This document shows, in pieces, positions 1-7,802 of a stretch of 33,846 bases of DNA. A model generated the notes under the pieces. The model ran no database searches. It worked only from the letters and a program-made list of their open reading frames with translations, and was not told the origin of the DNA. The number at the start of each line of letters is the position of its first letter. Within the stretch, counting starts at the first letter, position 1. The position numbers were made by a program, and so were the translations under genes. Location: the sequence record SRR22947725_599; one strand, written 5' to 3'.

Positions 1-1119
1 ATTTGTGCTTACACTTGGATCGGTTATAAAATACTTATCTAAGGATGGGCCATAAGCTTCCAAAATTCCAATTCCAAGTAATAAACCTACATAGCCTGAA
101 ATTGAAGTGATCAAAACAGACTCTATAAGTATAATAGATTGTATGGAACTTGGACGAGCTCCGAGTGCTTTACGTATTCCAATTTCTTTAGTTCTTTCTT
201 TTACAATAAAAATCATAATGTTACTAATCCCTACTATACCTGCAATTAGAGTTCCTAATCCAATAATTAATACAAGTATAGTTAGTACGCTATTAAACTG
301 ATTTATCTGATTTGCTTCTGTTGCCCTATTTCTTAATCGAACTGCTCTTTGATCTGAGGGTTCTATATTAAATATTTTTTTTATTCTAGATTCTATATTT
401 GTTCCAAGTGCAATTGCATTATCTAATCCCATACTTAGATTATAGGTCAAATTTATTTGGTCTATGAAGTCATTATTTCCATAAATTCTTTGAGCAGTTG
501 TAAGTGGCATATAAATAATCCTTTCTTCATTGTCATCTCCTATATCTTGATAAACTCCTACAACTTTATATTGAATTTTGTTAAGATCTATATATTCTCC
601 AATTACTTTTTCTGTTTTAAAAAGGTCTTCTTTAACTAATCTTCCAATTACAATTACTTTAGTAGATTCCTGTAAATCCCTTTGATTAATAAATCTACCA
701 CTAACTAACTCCGACTTTTCAATAAACTGATGATCTGGGTTTACAGCTCTAAGACTGTAATTGTTTTTTTCTCCTTTATAAGATGCAACAACATTTTTAT
801 TAACCCTTGCAGTAATAAATTCAATGTCATCTTTAAATTCATCTTTTAGTGTTGAGAGTAGTGCATTATCAAACTGTATTCTTCTACCTACCTGATTTCC
901 TTTACCTGCTTTAGCGGTTCTACCAGAATTAATAAAAATAGTGTTTTCAGCATCACCACCCATACCTTCATTAAAGGTGTTTTGTAGACCATTTGCCAAT
1001 CCAAATAAGATTGCAAAAAGCATTATTGCAAAAATCACTGTACCACCTGAGAGTAAAGTACGAAGCTTATTTTTACTAATACTCTGAAATATTTCTCGCC
1101 AAAGGTCTAAATCAAACAT
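1..1119 (-). CDS. ABC transporter permease, MacB/FtsX family (3' end runs off the window)
   Basis: Not in the ORF track; read manually. ATG at 1119 gives MFDLDLWREIFQSISKNKLRTLLSG..., with EIGIRKALGA near the end; the frame ends ...MGPSLDKYFITDPSVSTN at base 1. Starts 1 nt after the ATPase stop. Confidence 0.9.
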   Translation of the reverse strand, partial: MFDLDLWREIFQSISKNKLRTLLSGGTVIFAIMLFAILFGLANGLQNTFNEGMGGDAENTIFINSGRTAKAGKGNQVGRRIQFDNALLSTLKDEFKDDIEFITARVNKNVVASYKGEKNNYSLRAVNPDHQFIEKSELVSGRFINQRDLQESTKVIVIGRLVKEDLFKTEKVIGEYIDLNKIQYKVVGVYQDIGDDNEERIIYMPLTTAQRIYGNNDFIDQINLTYNLSMGLDNAIALGTNIESRIKKIFNIEPSDQRAVRLRNRATEANQINQFNSVLTILVLIIGLGTLIAGIVGISNIMIFIVKERTKEIGIRKALGARPSSIQSIILIESVLITSISGYVGLLLGIGILEAYGPSLDKYFITDPSVSTN

Positions 1120-1120
1120 A

Positions 1121-1810
1121 TTATGCTCTTACTTGTTTTATAACATTATCTTCAATTATAACTCCGTCACGAAGTCTAACAATTCTTTTACACATTTTAG
1201 CAATGTCCTCTTCATGAGTAACTAAAAGAATAGTTTTTCCTTCATCGTTTAATTGCTGTAAAAATTGCATTATATCATGGGAAGTTGCAGTATCTAACGC
1301 TCCAGTTGGCTCATCAGCTAAAAGAAGTTTTGGCTCTGAAGCTAATGCACGAGCTATTGCTACTCTTTGCTTTTGACCTCCAGAAAGTTCACTAGGTAAA
1401 TGTGTAGCCCATTCTGCTAATCCAACTTTTTCTAGGTGAAACATTGCTTTTTCTTGTCTTTCCTTTCTCTTTAAGCCTTGGTAATACAAAGGTAATGCGA
1501 CATTTTCCATCGCATTTTTATAATTAATGAGATTAAAAGATTGAAAAACAAAACCTAAAAATTGATTTCTATAATTGGCAGCTTTTTTTTCATTAAGATC
1601 CTTAATTTCGACTCCATCTAGAATGTAATCTCCAGAATCCGCTTCATCTAAAATTCCAATAATATTTAAAAGTGTAGATTTTCCTGATCCCGAAGAACCC
1701 ATAATAGCAACCATTTCTCCACTTTTGGCAAATAAATCAATCCCTTTTAAAACGTGAAGACTAGAATCTCCCATTTTATAAGATTTATTTAAATTTTTAA
1801 TATCAAGCAT
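1121..1810 (-). CDS. ABC transporter ATP-binding protein (LolD/MacB-like)
   Basis: Walker A GSSGSGKS, signature LSGGQKQR, Walker B LLLADEPTGALD, H-loop VTHE. Confidence 0.95.
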   Translation of the reverse strand: MLDIKNLNKSYKMGDSSLHVLKGIDLFAKSGEMVAIMGSSGSGKSTLLNIIGILDEADSGDYILDGVEIKDLNEKKAANYRNQFLGFVFQSFNLINYKNAMENVALPLYYQGLKRKERQEKAMFHLEKVGLAEWATHLPSELSGGQKQRVAIARALASEPKLLLADEPTGALDTATSHDIMQFLQQLNDEGKTILLVTHEEDIAKMCKRIVRLRDGVIIEDNVIKQVRA

Positions 1811-1841
1811 AATAAGGTGAATTTAATCTGAACAAAGGTCC

Positions 1842-1877
1842 ATAATTTGTTAATAATAATTGCCAATAATTTGTTAA
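1842..1877 (-). promoter_or_regulatory. 12-bp direct repeat TTAACAAATTAT (1842-1853, 1866-1877) upstream of the ABC operon; possible regulator site
   Basis: Two exact copies 24 bp apart in a 72-bp intergenic gap, next to a near-consensus -7 element GACCTTTG (1833-1840). Confidence 0.4.
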
Positions 1878-1882
1878 AAGCT

Positions 1883-2986
1883 TCATAAATTATATGGGAA
1901 ATTAATTGTAATTAATTCAATTCCAATAAAGTAGAAAAAATACATAAAAGATAAAATCCAAATGGCTAATAAAATGTACATTGTTATTTTATTAATTACA
2001 TATCTATTTCTGAAGGCTAACTTCAAACCAATTATAAATAGAACAACACAAGGGATTATAATTAATAATCCAAATAATACTATTGAAAATATACTAATTG
2101 AACTGATTACATCTAAAATATCAAAGCTAAAAAAATCATTTAACTCATATATTGTATTGCCATTAATAATAATTTCAGACGATCTAGAATTTGTAATTGC
2201 AGAGTCTAGTCCGGATAAAAACAAAACTATCAAAGATGTAATAAGGCCACCTATAAATGAGTAAAACATTAAGATATAGCCAAAAATAATTGAAGTTATT
2301 TTTAATAGTTTGGAGCTATTAAGAATCAAAAAATTAATTATTTTTTTTAAATAATATTTTACTTGTTGCCAAAACCCTTTTGCATATTCTTTGTCAAAAT
2401 CAGTAATTTCTTTTTCAATCTCTGGTAATACACTCTCAATTTTGTTTTTTATTGAAGCAACACTTACAGCTTCTCCAGTCATTCTGATTTTGTCAGCACT
2501 AGTTTTAGCTGAAGGAATAACTATCCATAAAATTATATAAGTTAAAGTTGTAAATGGAATAGGCACAAAGAAAAATAAAATAAATAAAATTCTAGTCCAA
2601 GCTGGAGATATCCCAAAATAATGAGCTAATCCACTAGCTACCCCTCCAACATAACTATCATCTGTGTCTCTGAAAAATTTTTTATTAGTATTTGTGTTTT
2701 TTGATGGTGTATCCTGTTCATTTTCATCCTCTGCTAATTCTTCAGGGGTTCCCAAAACTTCAATAGCATTATTTACATCTGTTACAGAAATTACTCTGTT
2801 AATAGAATTATTTGCAGAGAATAATTCTGCAATATGAGACTCAATATCTTCTAATATTTCGTTTTTACTAGAATTAGAACTAAATGCGATAGTTAACTTA
2901 TCTAAATAAGATTTAAGAATTTTATAAGCCACATCATCCATTGTGAATTTAACATGAGAGAGGTGTATGTCTTTTGTAATATTCAT
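1883..2986 (-). CDS. PspC-domain membrane protein with N-terminal helical (HAAS/DUF1700-like) domain
   Basis: PspC motif FFRDTDDSYVGGVASGLAHYFGI...YIILWIVIP; N-terminal AYKILKSYL...EILEDIESHIAELF...LGTPEE; several C-terminal TM segments; 2 nt downstream of padR. Confidence 0.88.
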   Translation of the reverse strand: MNITKDIHLSHVKFTMDDVAYKILKSYLDKLTIAFSSNSSKNEILEDIESHIAELFSANNSINRVISVTDVNNAIEVLGTPEELAEDENEQDTPSKNTNTNKKFFRDTDDSYVGGVASGLAHYFGISPAWTRILFILFFFVPIPFTTLTYIILWIVIPSAKTSADKIRMTGEAVSVASIKNKIESVLPEIEKEITDFDKEYAKGFWQQVKYYLKKIINFLILNSSKLLKITSIIFGYILMFYSFIGGLITSLIVLFLSGLDSAITNSRSSEIIINGNTIYELNDFFSFDILDVISSISIFSIVLFGLLIIIPCVVLFIIGLKLAFRNRYVINKITMYILLAIWILSFMYFFYFIGIELITINFPYNL

Positions 2987-2988
2987 AT

Positions 2989-3315
2989 TTATTTATTTCT
3001 AATTTTTGTTACTGCATTAGATAACTCTAACCATGATTGATTAAGATCATTTAAAAAGTCTTTTCCCTTAGTTGTAATATTATAATATTTTCTAGGAGGA
3101 CCATTTTTAGATTCTTTCCAATTATACTCTAATAAATTACTATTTTTCAATCTCGTAAGTAATGGATATATAGTCCCTTCTACTACAATTAACTTAGACT
3201 CTTTTAAGGTCATTAAAATTTCAAAAGAATATTTGGGTTCTTTACTAAGTATAGATAAAATACAAAGCTCGAGTATTCCCTTACGCATCTGTGCTTTTGT
3301 ATTATCTAAATTCAT
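2989..3315 (-). CDS. PadR-family transcriptional regulator
   Basis: 108 aa; QMRKGILELCIL, EGTIYPLLTRL, GPPRKYY motifs. Confidence 0.93.
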   Translation of the reverse strand: MNLDNTKAQMRKGILELCILSILSKEPKYSFEILMTLKESKLIVVEGTIYPLLTRLKNSNLLEYNWKESKNGPPRKYYNITTKGKDFLNDLNQSWLELSNAVTKIRNK

Positions 3316-3464
3316 TATTTTTTTATTTTTTTATTAAATAACATCCCAATACCTGCACCAAAACACAATCCGAATGAAATCCATAAATTTACATTACCTG
3401 TGACACTACCAATTATAATACCCGCGAGTAAACCTATCCCTGCTCCAAATGAAATAATTCTCAT
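3315..3464 (-). CDS. 49-aa glycine-rich two-helix membrane microprotein
   Basis: Manual translation MRIISFGAGIGLLAGIIIGSVTGNVNLWISFGLCFGAGIGMLFNKKIKK*. Its TAA overlaps the padR ATG (TAATG); A-rich leader; fills an otherwise empty gap. Confidence 0.8.
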   Translation of the reverse strand: MRIISFGAGIGLLAGIIIGSVTGNVNLWISFGLCFGAGIGMLFNKKIKK

Positions 3465-3496
3465 TTTAGTTTTTTATTAAATTGTTTAGTTAAAAT

Positions 3497-3715
3497 TTAA
3501 TCAATTTTATTTTTTTCAATAGTTATTACAATTATTTCTTTTCCATTTTTCTTTTTGTCCTCACTTGTAATAATCCACTCTCCTTGTACTCCATCTAAAT
3601 TTTCTCCATCAATTGTTATATTGATATCATTTTTTACGCTAACAGATGGACTGAGCCAAGAATTACATGAATTGAAAGTGAAAGCAATTAATAAAATCAG
3701 TATTATTTTTTTCAT
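3497..3715 (-). CDS. Small putative lipoprotein
   Basis: MKK, hydrophobic stretch and lipobox FNS-C at residue 17; first gene after a consensus promoter. Confidence 0.75.
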   Translation of the reverse strand: MKKIILILLIAFTFNSCNSWLSPSVSVKNDINITIDGENLDGVQGEWIITSEDKKKNGKEIIVITIEKNKID

Positions 3716-3741
3716 GATCTAAAGTTTTTAATTAATAATAA

Positions 3742-3781
3742 CAAATATAAATAAATATAGGTACTATGCAAAACAAAGTAC
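3742..3781 (-). promoter_or_regulatory. Bacteroidota primary-sigma promoter overlapped by an inverted-repeat operator
   Basis: TTTG (3769-3772), 19 nt, TATATTTG (3742-3749). Inverted repeat GTACTATG-N5-CAAAGTAC at 3761-3781 covers the -33 element. Confidence 0.8.
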
Positions 3782-3804
3782 TATTTAATGCAATCATACT
3801 TATT

Positions 3805-4074
3805 TTATTTTTTAAAGGACATAAGTGACTTAAAAAATTCTTCAAATCTTTTTGAACCAAGTTTTGTTATTGAACAAGATGTGTTAGGATAATTGTTTTT
3901 AAAACTTTTGCTAATTGATATGTAGTTACTCTCCTCTAATTTTTTTAGTTGGATACTAAGATTACCTTTTGATGATTCAGTTACTTTTTGCAAATGATTA
4001 AAATCACATGAAGAAACACCCAAAAGCGAAGAAATAATTTTTAATCTAATTGGATTTAATAATAATTTATCCAT
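3805..4074 (-). CDS. Winged-helix transcriptional regulator (ArsR-like/HTH_34 type)
   Basis: 89 aa; RLKIISSL, DFNHLQKVT-ESSKGNLSIQLKKLEESNYI, PNTSCSITKLG pattern. Confidence 0.85.
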   Translation of the reverse strand: MDKLLLNPIRLKIISSLLGVSSCDFNHLQKVTESSKGNLSIQLKKLEESNYISISKSFKNNYPNTSCSITKLGSKRFEEFFKSLMSFKK

Positions 4075-4078
4075 CTAA

Positions 4079-4651
4079 TTATTTAGTTTCTTTAAATCTA
4101 TATAGAGATATTCCTGGAATCAACATTCCAAATGCAATTCCACATGCGTTCATTAATAAAAAATTTAAGCCTGGGGATACATGATTGTACACAACAAATG
4201 CTAGTAATAATAACCCACCAATTGTAATATTTTTAAATTTTATTATAAGACCTGTCATAATAAGAGTTATTGCAAGGCTAAATAAAATCTCTAAAGTTGG
4301 ATTATTAATTCCTTTAATTAACGTGATAGCTACATGCAAAAACCATGAAAGGCCAAAAACAGCCCAAATAATTTTTACAACTCTTCCTAATTGAGTTTCA
4401 TATCCAATCTTATGTCCAGTTTTAATGTTGTAATTGGTGGTATATATCATTCCTATTACTGGAATTGCAATCCAATATACGAGTGAGGAATAATTAGAAA
4501 ACTGAACAAGCTCAGGAAAAAAATAATGAAATAAGCTCATTGAGATTATTAAGATTCCCCAAAATAATAGATTATAACCTATAGGTTTTAAACTATTTTT
4601 TGTTTGTATTATAGCATCATTTATGATTTTAATTTGTTCTTCTTTTGTCAT
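4079..4651 (-). CDS. Hypothetical multi-pass membrane protein (about 6-7 TM)
   Basis: 190 aa, mostly hydrophobic segments; 4 nt upstream of the wHTH gene. Confidence 0.8.
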   Translation of the reverse strand: MTKEEQIKIINDAIIQTKNSLKPIGYNLLFWGILIISMSLFHYFFPELVQFSNYSSLVYWIAIPVIGMIYTTNYNIKTGHKIGYETQLGRVVKIIWAVFGLSWFLHVAITLIKGINNPTLEILFSLAITLIMTGLIIKFKNITIGGLLLLAFVVYNHVSPGLNFLLMNACGIAFGMLIPGISLYRFKETK

Positions 4652-4669
4652 AATAAATTGGTTTATTAG

Positions 4670-5122
4670 CTATTTTAAAATAACTAGTTTTATTTTTTTT
4701 CCTTTAAAAAATTCAGCTGCGCTTTCAACAGTTGTCTCAGATTGCAAAGAAATACGCACAAAGCCTTCACCAAAACTAAGGTAGGTGAAACATGGATTTT
4801 CATAAATCAAACTGTATTGAGGAAATTGACTCCATCTCTCAATTTTTCCCTCACTTGCTGGTCTTTGTATGTAAGCCATTACAGCTCCATTATCTGCCAC
4901 ATCCTTAGTTATTTCATCTACCTTAATTTCAAGGTTTCCATATTTTTTATCTTCACTAATACTTGTTAACTCAACAAAATCTAAAAATATAGTTTTGTCT
5001 ATTGAATTGTAATAATTGATTGTATTCTCGCCTCTGTCTACAGAAACTAATTTTGACATTCCGCAGCTTGATAGTAAAATCAAAACCATTAACATTAATG
5101 TTTTACTAAATAAGTTTTTCAT
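4670..5122 (-). CDS. Hypothetical lipoprotein
   Basis: Signal peptide with lipobox LSS-C at residue 20; soluble, probably beta-rich domain. Confidence 0.8.
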   Translation of the reverse strand: MKNLFSKTLMLMVLILLSSCGMSKLVSVDRGENTINYYNSIDKTIFLDFVELTSISEDKKYGNLEIKVDEITKDVADNGAVMAYIQRPASEGKIERWSQFPQYSLIYENPCFTYLSFGEGFVRISLQSETTVESAAEFFKGKKIKLVILK

Positions 5123-5147
5123 TTTTTTTAATTTAAATTATTAAATA

Positions 5148-5179
5148 CAAATATAAACTAGTTTATAAAATAAACCAAA
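5148..5179 (-). promoter_or_regulatory. Bacteroidota promoter with palindromic operator in the spacer
   Basis: TTTG (5176-5179), 20 nt, TATATTTG (5148-5155). Perfect palindrome TATAAACTAGTTTATA at 5152-5167 and overlapping GTTTA-N5-TAAAC at 5161-5175. Confidence 0.7.
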
Positions 5180-5194
5180 TTAATTTTTAAAAAA

Positions 5195-5404
5195 CTATTT
5201 CTTAAATTTTCTATAAATAATAAAAGCAATACTAAAGACAACTATATAAGGAATTGCCATAAGGTATACAATTCCGTCATTTATTCCTTTTGCAGACACT
5301 TGTCCTTCTTCACTTTCTAATACAGCTCTACACATGGCACACTGCCCTAATATAGCATCTGTAACAAAGAACAAAACAATAAGAAATATATATTTAAATT
5401 TCAT
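5195..5404 (-). CDS. Small membrane-anchored CxxC protein (69 aa)
   Basis: Likely start is ATG 5404 (MKFKYIF...), 2 nt after the DUF420 stop, rather than 5467. Signal peptide, QCAMCRA, C-terminal TM and basic tail. Confidence 0.8.
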   Translation of the reverse strand: MKFKYIFLIVLFFVTDAILGQCAMCRAVLESEEGQVSAKGINDGIVYLMAIPYIVVFSIAFIIYRKFKK

Positions 5405-5406
5405 AA

Positions 5407-5922
5407 TTAATAATAAGGGGAAATCATTATATAAACTATTACACCAGTAACCGCGACATAAAGCCATAAAGGAAAAGTGATTTTAGCTATTTTTTTATGT
5501 GCCTGTATATCATTAGTAATTGCTCTAACATAAGTAACTAATACAAATGGAATTACAGTAATTGACAAAAGAATATGAGAAATAAGTATTGTAAAATAAA
5601 TATACCTAATAGTTCCTTCACCTCCGAACGGAGTAGATTCACTTGTCATGTGATAGGCTACATACATCAATAAAAAAACTAAAGAGAGAGCAATAGCAAA
5701 CTTCATTAAAAGTGAGTGTAGTTTTATCTTTTTATTTTTAATTGCAACTAACGCAGATATAAGCAGTAAAGCAGTTAAAGCATTTATCGACGCATAAATG
5801 GGAGGTAAAAATGACAATGGTTCAACATTAGGTAACTTTACAGTAAATAATATAGCTACTACAACTGGAATCAAAATAGAAACTAGTATTATAAGCTTGT
5901 TGTATTTAATTGGCTCAGACAT
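5407..5922 (-). CDS. DUF420 family membrane protein (CtaM/YozB-like oxidase assembly factor)
   Basis: FLLMYVAYH, YFTILISHILLS, HKKIAKITFPLWLYVAVTGVIVY motifs; oxidase operon context. Confidence 0.88.
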   Translation of the reverse strand: MSEPIKYNKLIILVSILIPVVVAILFTVKLPNVEPLSFLPPIYASINALTALLLISALVAIKNKKIKLHSLLMKFAIALSLVFLLMYVAYHMTSESTPFGGEGTIRYIYFTILISHILLSITVIPFVLVTYVRAITNDIQAHKKIAKITFPLWLYVAVTGVIVYIMISPYY

Positions 5923-5928
5923 AATTTT

Positions 5929-6666
5929 TTACTTTAATAACTTTAATATATCTTCTTTAAGTATTGAAATTTCTTCCTTCTCGCCGGAGCTATCCACTAC
6001 TTGTTTAAAATCAATAGCACCTTTGTAGTAAATTAATGGATTCCCAAAATCATCAGATCTACATCTAATATAACCTTCCTGATCAATTAATGCAAAATTT
6101 CCAGAATGCTCAAATCCTCCAGCTGCAGATTCTTCTTGAGCTGTGTATAAATTAAATCCATTATTAGCTAGTTTATAAATTTCTTCTTTATCACCTGTTA
6201 AAAGATTCCAATTTTTATTTGTAATTCCAAATTGATTAGCATAATCACTTAACACCTCAATAGTATCATATGCTGGATTTATTGTGAAAGAAGCAAAGCC
6301 CAGATTGTCAAATTCACTAAATGAGTTTTGAATCTCTACTAAATTATAATTCATAATAGGGCATATTGTAGGACAAGTGGTGAAAAAGAATTCTACAATA
6401 TATACTTTTCCCTCATAATCTTTATTAGTAATTAGCTCACCATTTTGATTAGTAAAAGAAAAGTTAGGAACTTTTTTTTTCTCTCCATTAATTTCAAGAT
6501 ACATTAAATTAGAATCTCCAATATTATTATTAACAGATCTACTTCTACTTTCTTCTCTAGCTATATCGTCATTTGATAATCGATCAATAATTCTTGGAAC
6601 AAAAATTATTCCAAAAACTAACACTATAAATGAAATACCTATATATGAATTATTTGTTTTACTCAT
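5929..6666 (-). CDS. SCO family copper chaperone
   Basis: N-terminal TM, FFFTTCPTICP (CxxxC) and distal His (FEHSG). Confidence 0.95.
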   Translation of the reverse strand: MSKTNNSYIGISFIVLVFGIIFVPRIIDRLSNDDIAREESRSRSVNNNIGDSNLMYLEINGEKKKVPNFSFTNQNGELITNKDYEGKVYIVEFFFTTCPTICPIMNYNLVEIQNSFSEFDNLGFASFTINPAYDTIEVLSDYANQFGITNKNWNLLTGDKEEIYKLANNGFNLYTAQEESAAGGFEHSGNFALIDQEGYIRCRSDDFGNPLIYYKGAIDFKQVVDSSGEKEEISILKEDILKLLK

Positions 6667-7373
6667 TAATTCTCAATGTTTTCATTTCTTCTATTGTTTG
6701 AATCAACACCAGCTTTACGCTTTTGTCTGTATTCAGTAAATAAAATTCTTAAATCATCATTCATTTTATTTTTTATTTCTGAAACTTTAGTAGAGTTATA
6801 AGAACTTAATCCAAAAATCTCAACTCCTTTATCTACATCAGATGGTTTTCTATCATCAATTCTACCTCTTTGATTCAAATCTTTGTCAACAATAAATATG
6901 TTAGGAGACGATAAATCATTGCTTAAAGCATTTGAGGATTTAAGAGAGCTATGTAAGTCCTTAATTTGATCGCTAGAGCCGAAAGCAAATCCCCAATATT
7001 TTAATTCATCGTACGCATATAATTCAAGTAATAACTCATTTACTTGGTCTTCAGAGCCATTTGGAACTATCATTAATAATTGAAATTTCTTAAAACCCTT
7101 AAACTTATCGTAAATAAGTTCCTTTAGATTTAGTGCTACTGTCAAGTTATCCATAGGATTATCGCCTAAAAAGGCAAGGACAGTTATATTACCACGAAGA
7201 AGTCTTTTATCTTCTTCTATGTAAGTAAATGAATCTACATCTTTAACATTATTTTTAACAATATCTAAAGAGTTGTAGTTATGAGTTGAAGGATATAAAA
7301 AGAGGAGGAAAATAACTGGCAAGAAAAATAATACTGAAAGTATTAACCATTTTTTTATAGACGTCGAATTCAT
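6666..7373 (-). CDS. Membrane-anchored SCO-like protein lacking copper ligands
   Basis: N-terminal TM; segments match the adjacent SCO by eye; no cysteine; TAATG overlap with SCO. Confidence 0.7.
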   Translation of the reverse strand: MNSTSIKKWLILSVLFFLPVIFLLFLYPSTHNYNSLDIVKNNVKDVDSFTYIEEDKRLLRGNITVLAFLGDNPMDNLTVALNLKELIYDKFKGFKKFQLLMIVPNGSEDQVNELLLELYAYDELKYWGFAFGSSDQIKDLHSSLKSSNALSNDLSSPNIFIVDKDLNQRGRIDDRKPSDVDKGVEIFGLSSYNSTKVSEIKNKMNDDLRILFTEYRQKRKAGVDSNNRRNENIEN

Positions 7374-7406
7374 TTGTGTTTGTGTAAAAAGAAACTCAAA
7401 GGTTTT

Positions 7407-7787
7407 TTAAAAATCTCTTTTGATGTAACCTTGATCGTAAGTATCAAATATATAACCTGCTTCTTGAATTAAAATCCACATTAGGTAGCAAATTAAAAAT
7501 ATTGCAGTCCAAACAACAACTCTCCTTAGAGACGGGGTTTCATCACGCATGTGCATGAAATCCCATGTTATATAATATGCTTTAACAATAGTTAAAATAA
7601 TAAAAATCCAGTTTAAAATTTTCATACTTAAAAAGCTTTCCATCAAAAACGGAGGCTTAATTATACCTAAAACTACTTCCACGGCAGTAACTATGGTAAG
7701 TAAGATTAGTACTCCCCAAATCTTTTGAGTATTAGATTTAAATTTAATTAAACCTCTAAAAATTTCTAACTTATGTCCGTCCGCCAT
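7407..7787 (-). CDS. Cytochrome c oxidase subunit IV family protein
   Basis: 3 TM; LTIVTAVEV, KAYYITWDFMHMRDE motif. Confidence 0.9.
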   Translation of the reverse strand: MADGHKLEIFRGLIKFKSNTQKIWGVLILLTIVTAVEVVLGIIKPPFLMESFLSMKILNWIFIILTIVKAYYITWDFMHMRDETPSLRRVVVWTAIFLICYLMWILIQEAGYIFDTYDQGYIKRDF

Positions 7788-7802
7788 ATCAATAATATAT
7801 AA

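Noticed and set aside
1883..5194. Possible genomic island or defence locus
   Set aside because: No integrase, transposase, tRNA, flanking repeats, nuclease or toxin motifs; promoters are host-type.
5405..5467. Cys-containing N-terminal extension of the small ORF (MALCRGYWC...)
   Set aside because: Overlaps the DUF420 3' end; the ATG at 5404 gives a clean signal peptide.
7384..7408. Possible terminator after subunit IV (AAAAAACCTTTGAGTTTCTTTTT)
   Set aside because: Stem is short, AU-rich and mismatched; too weak to call.
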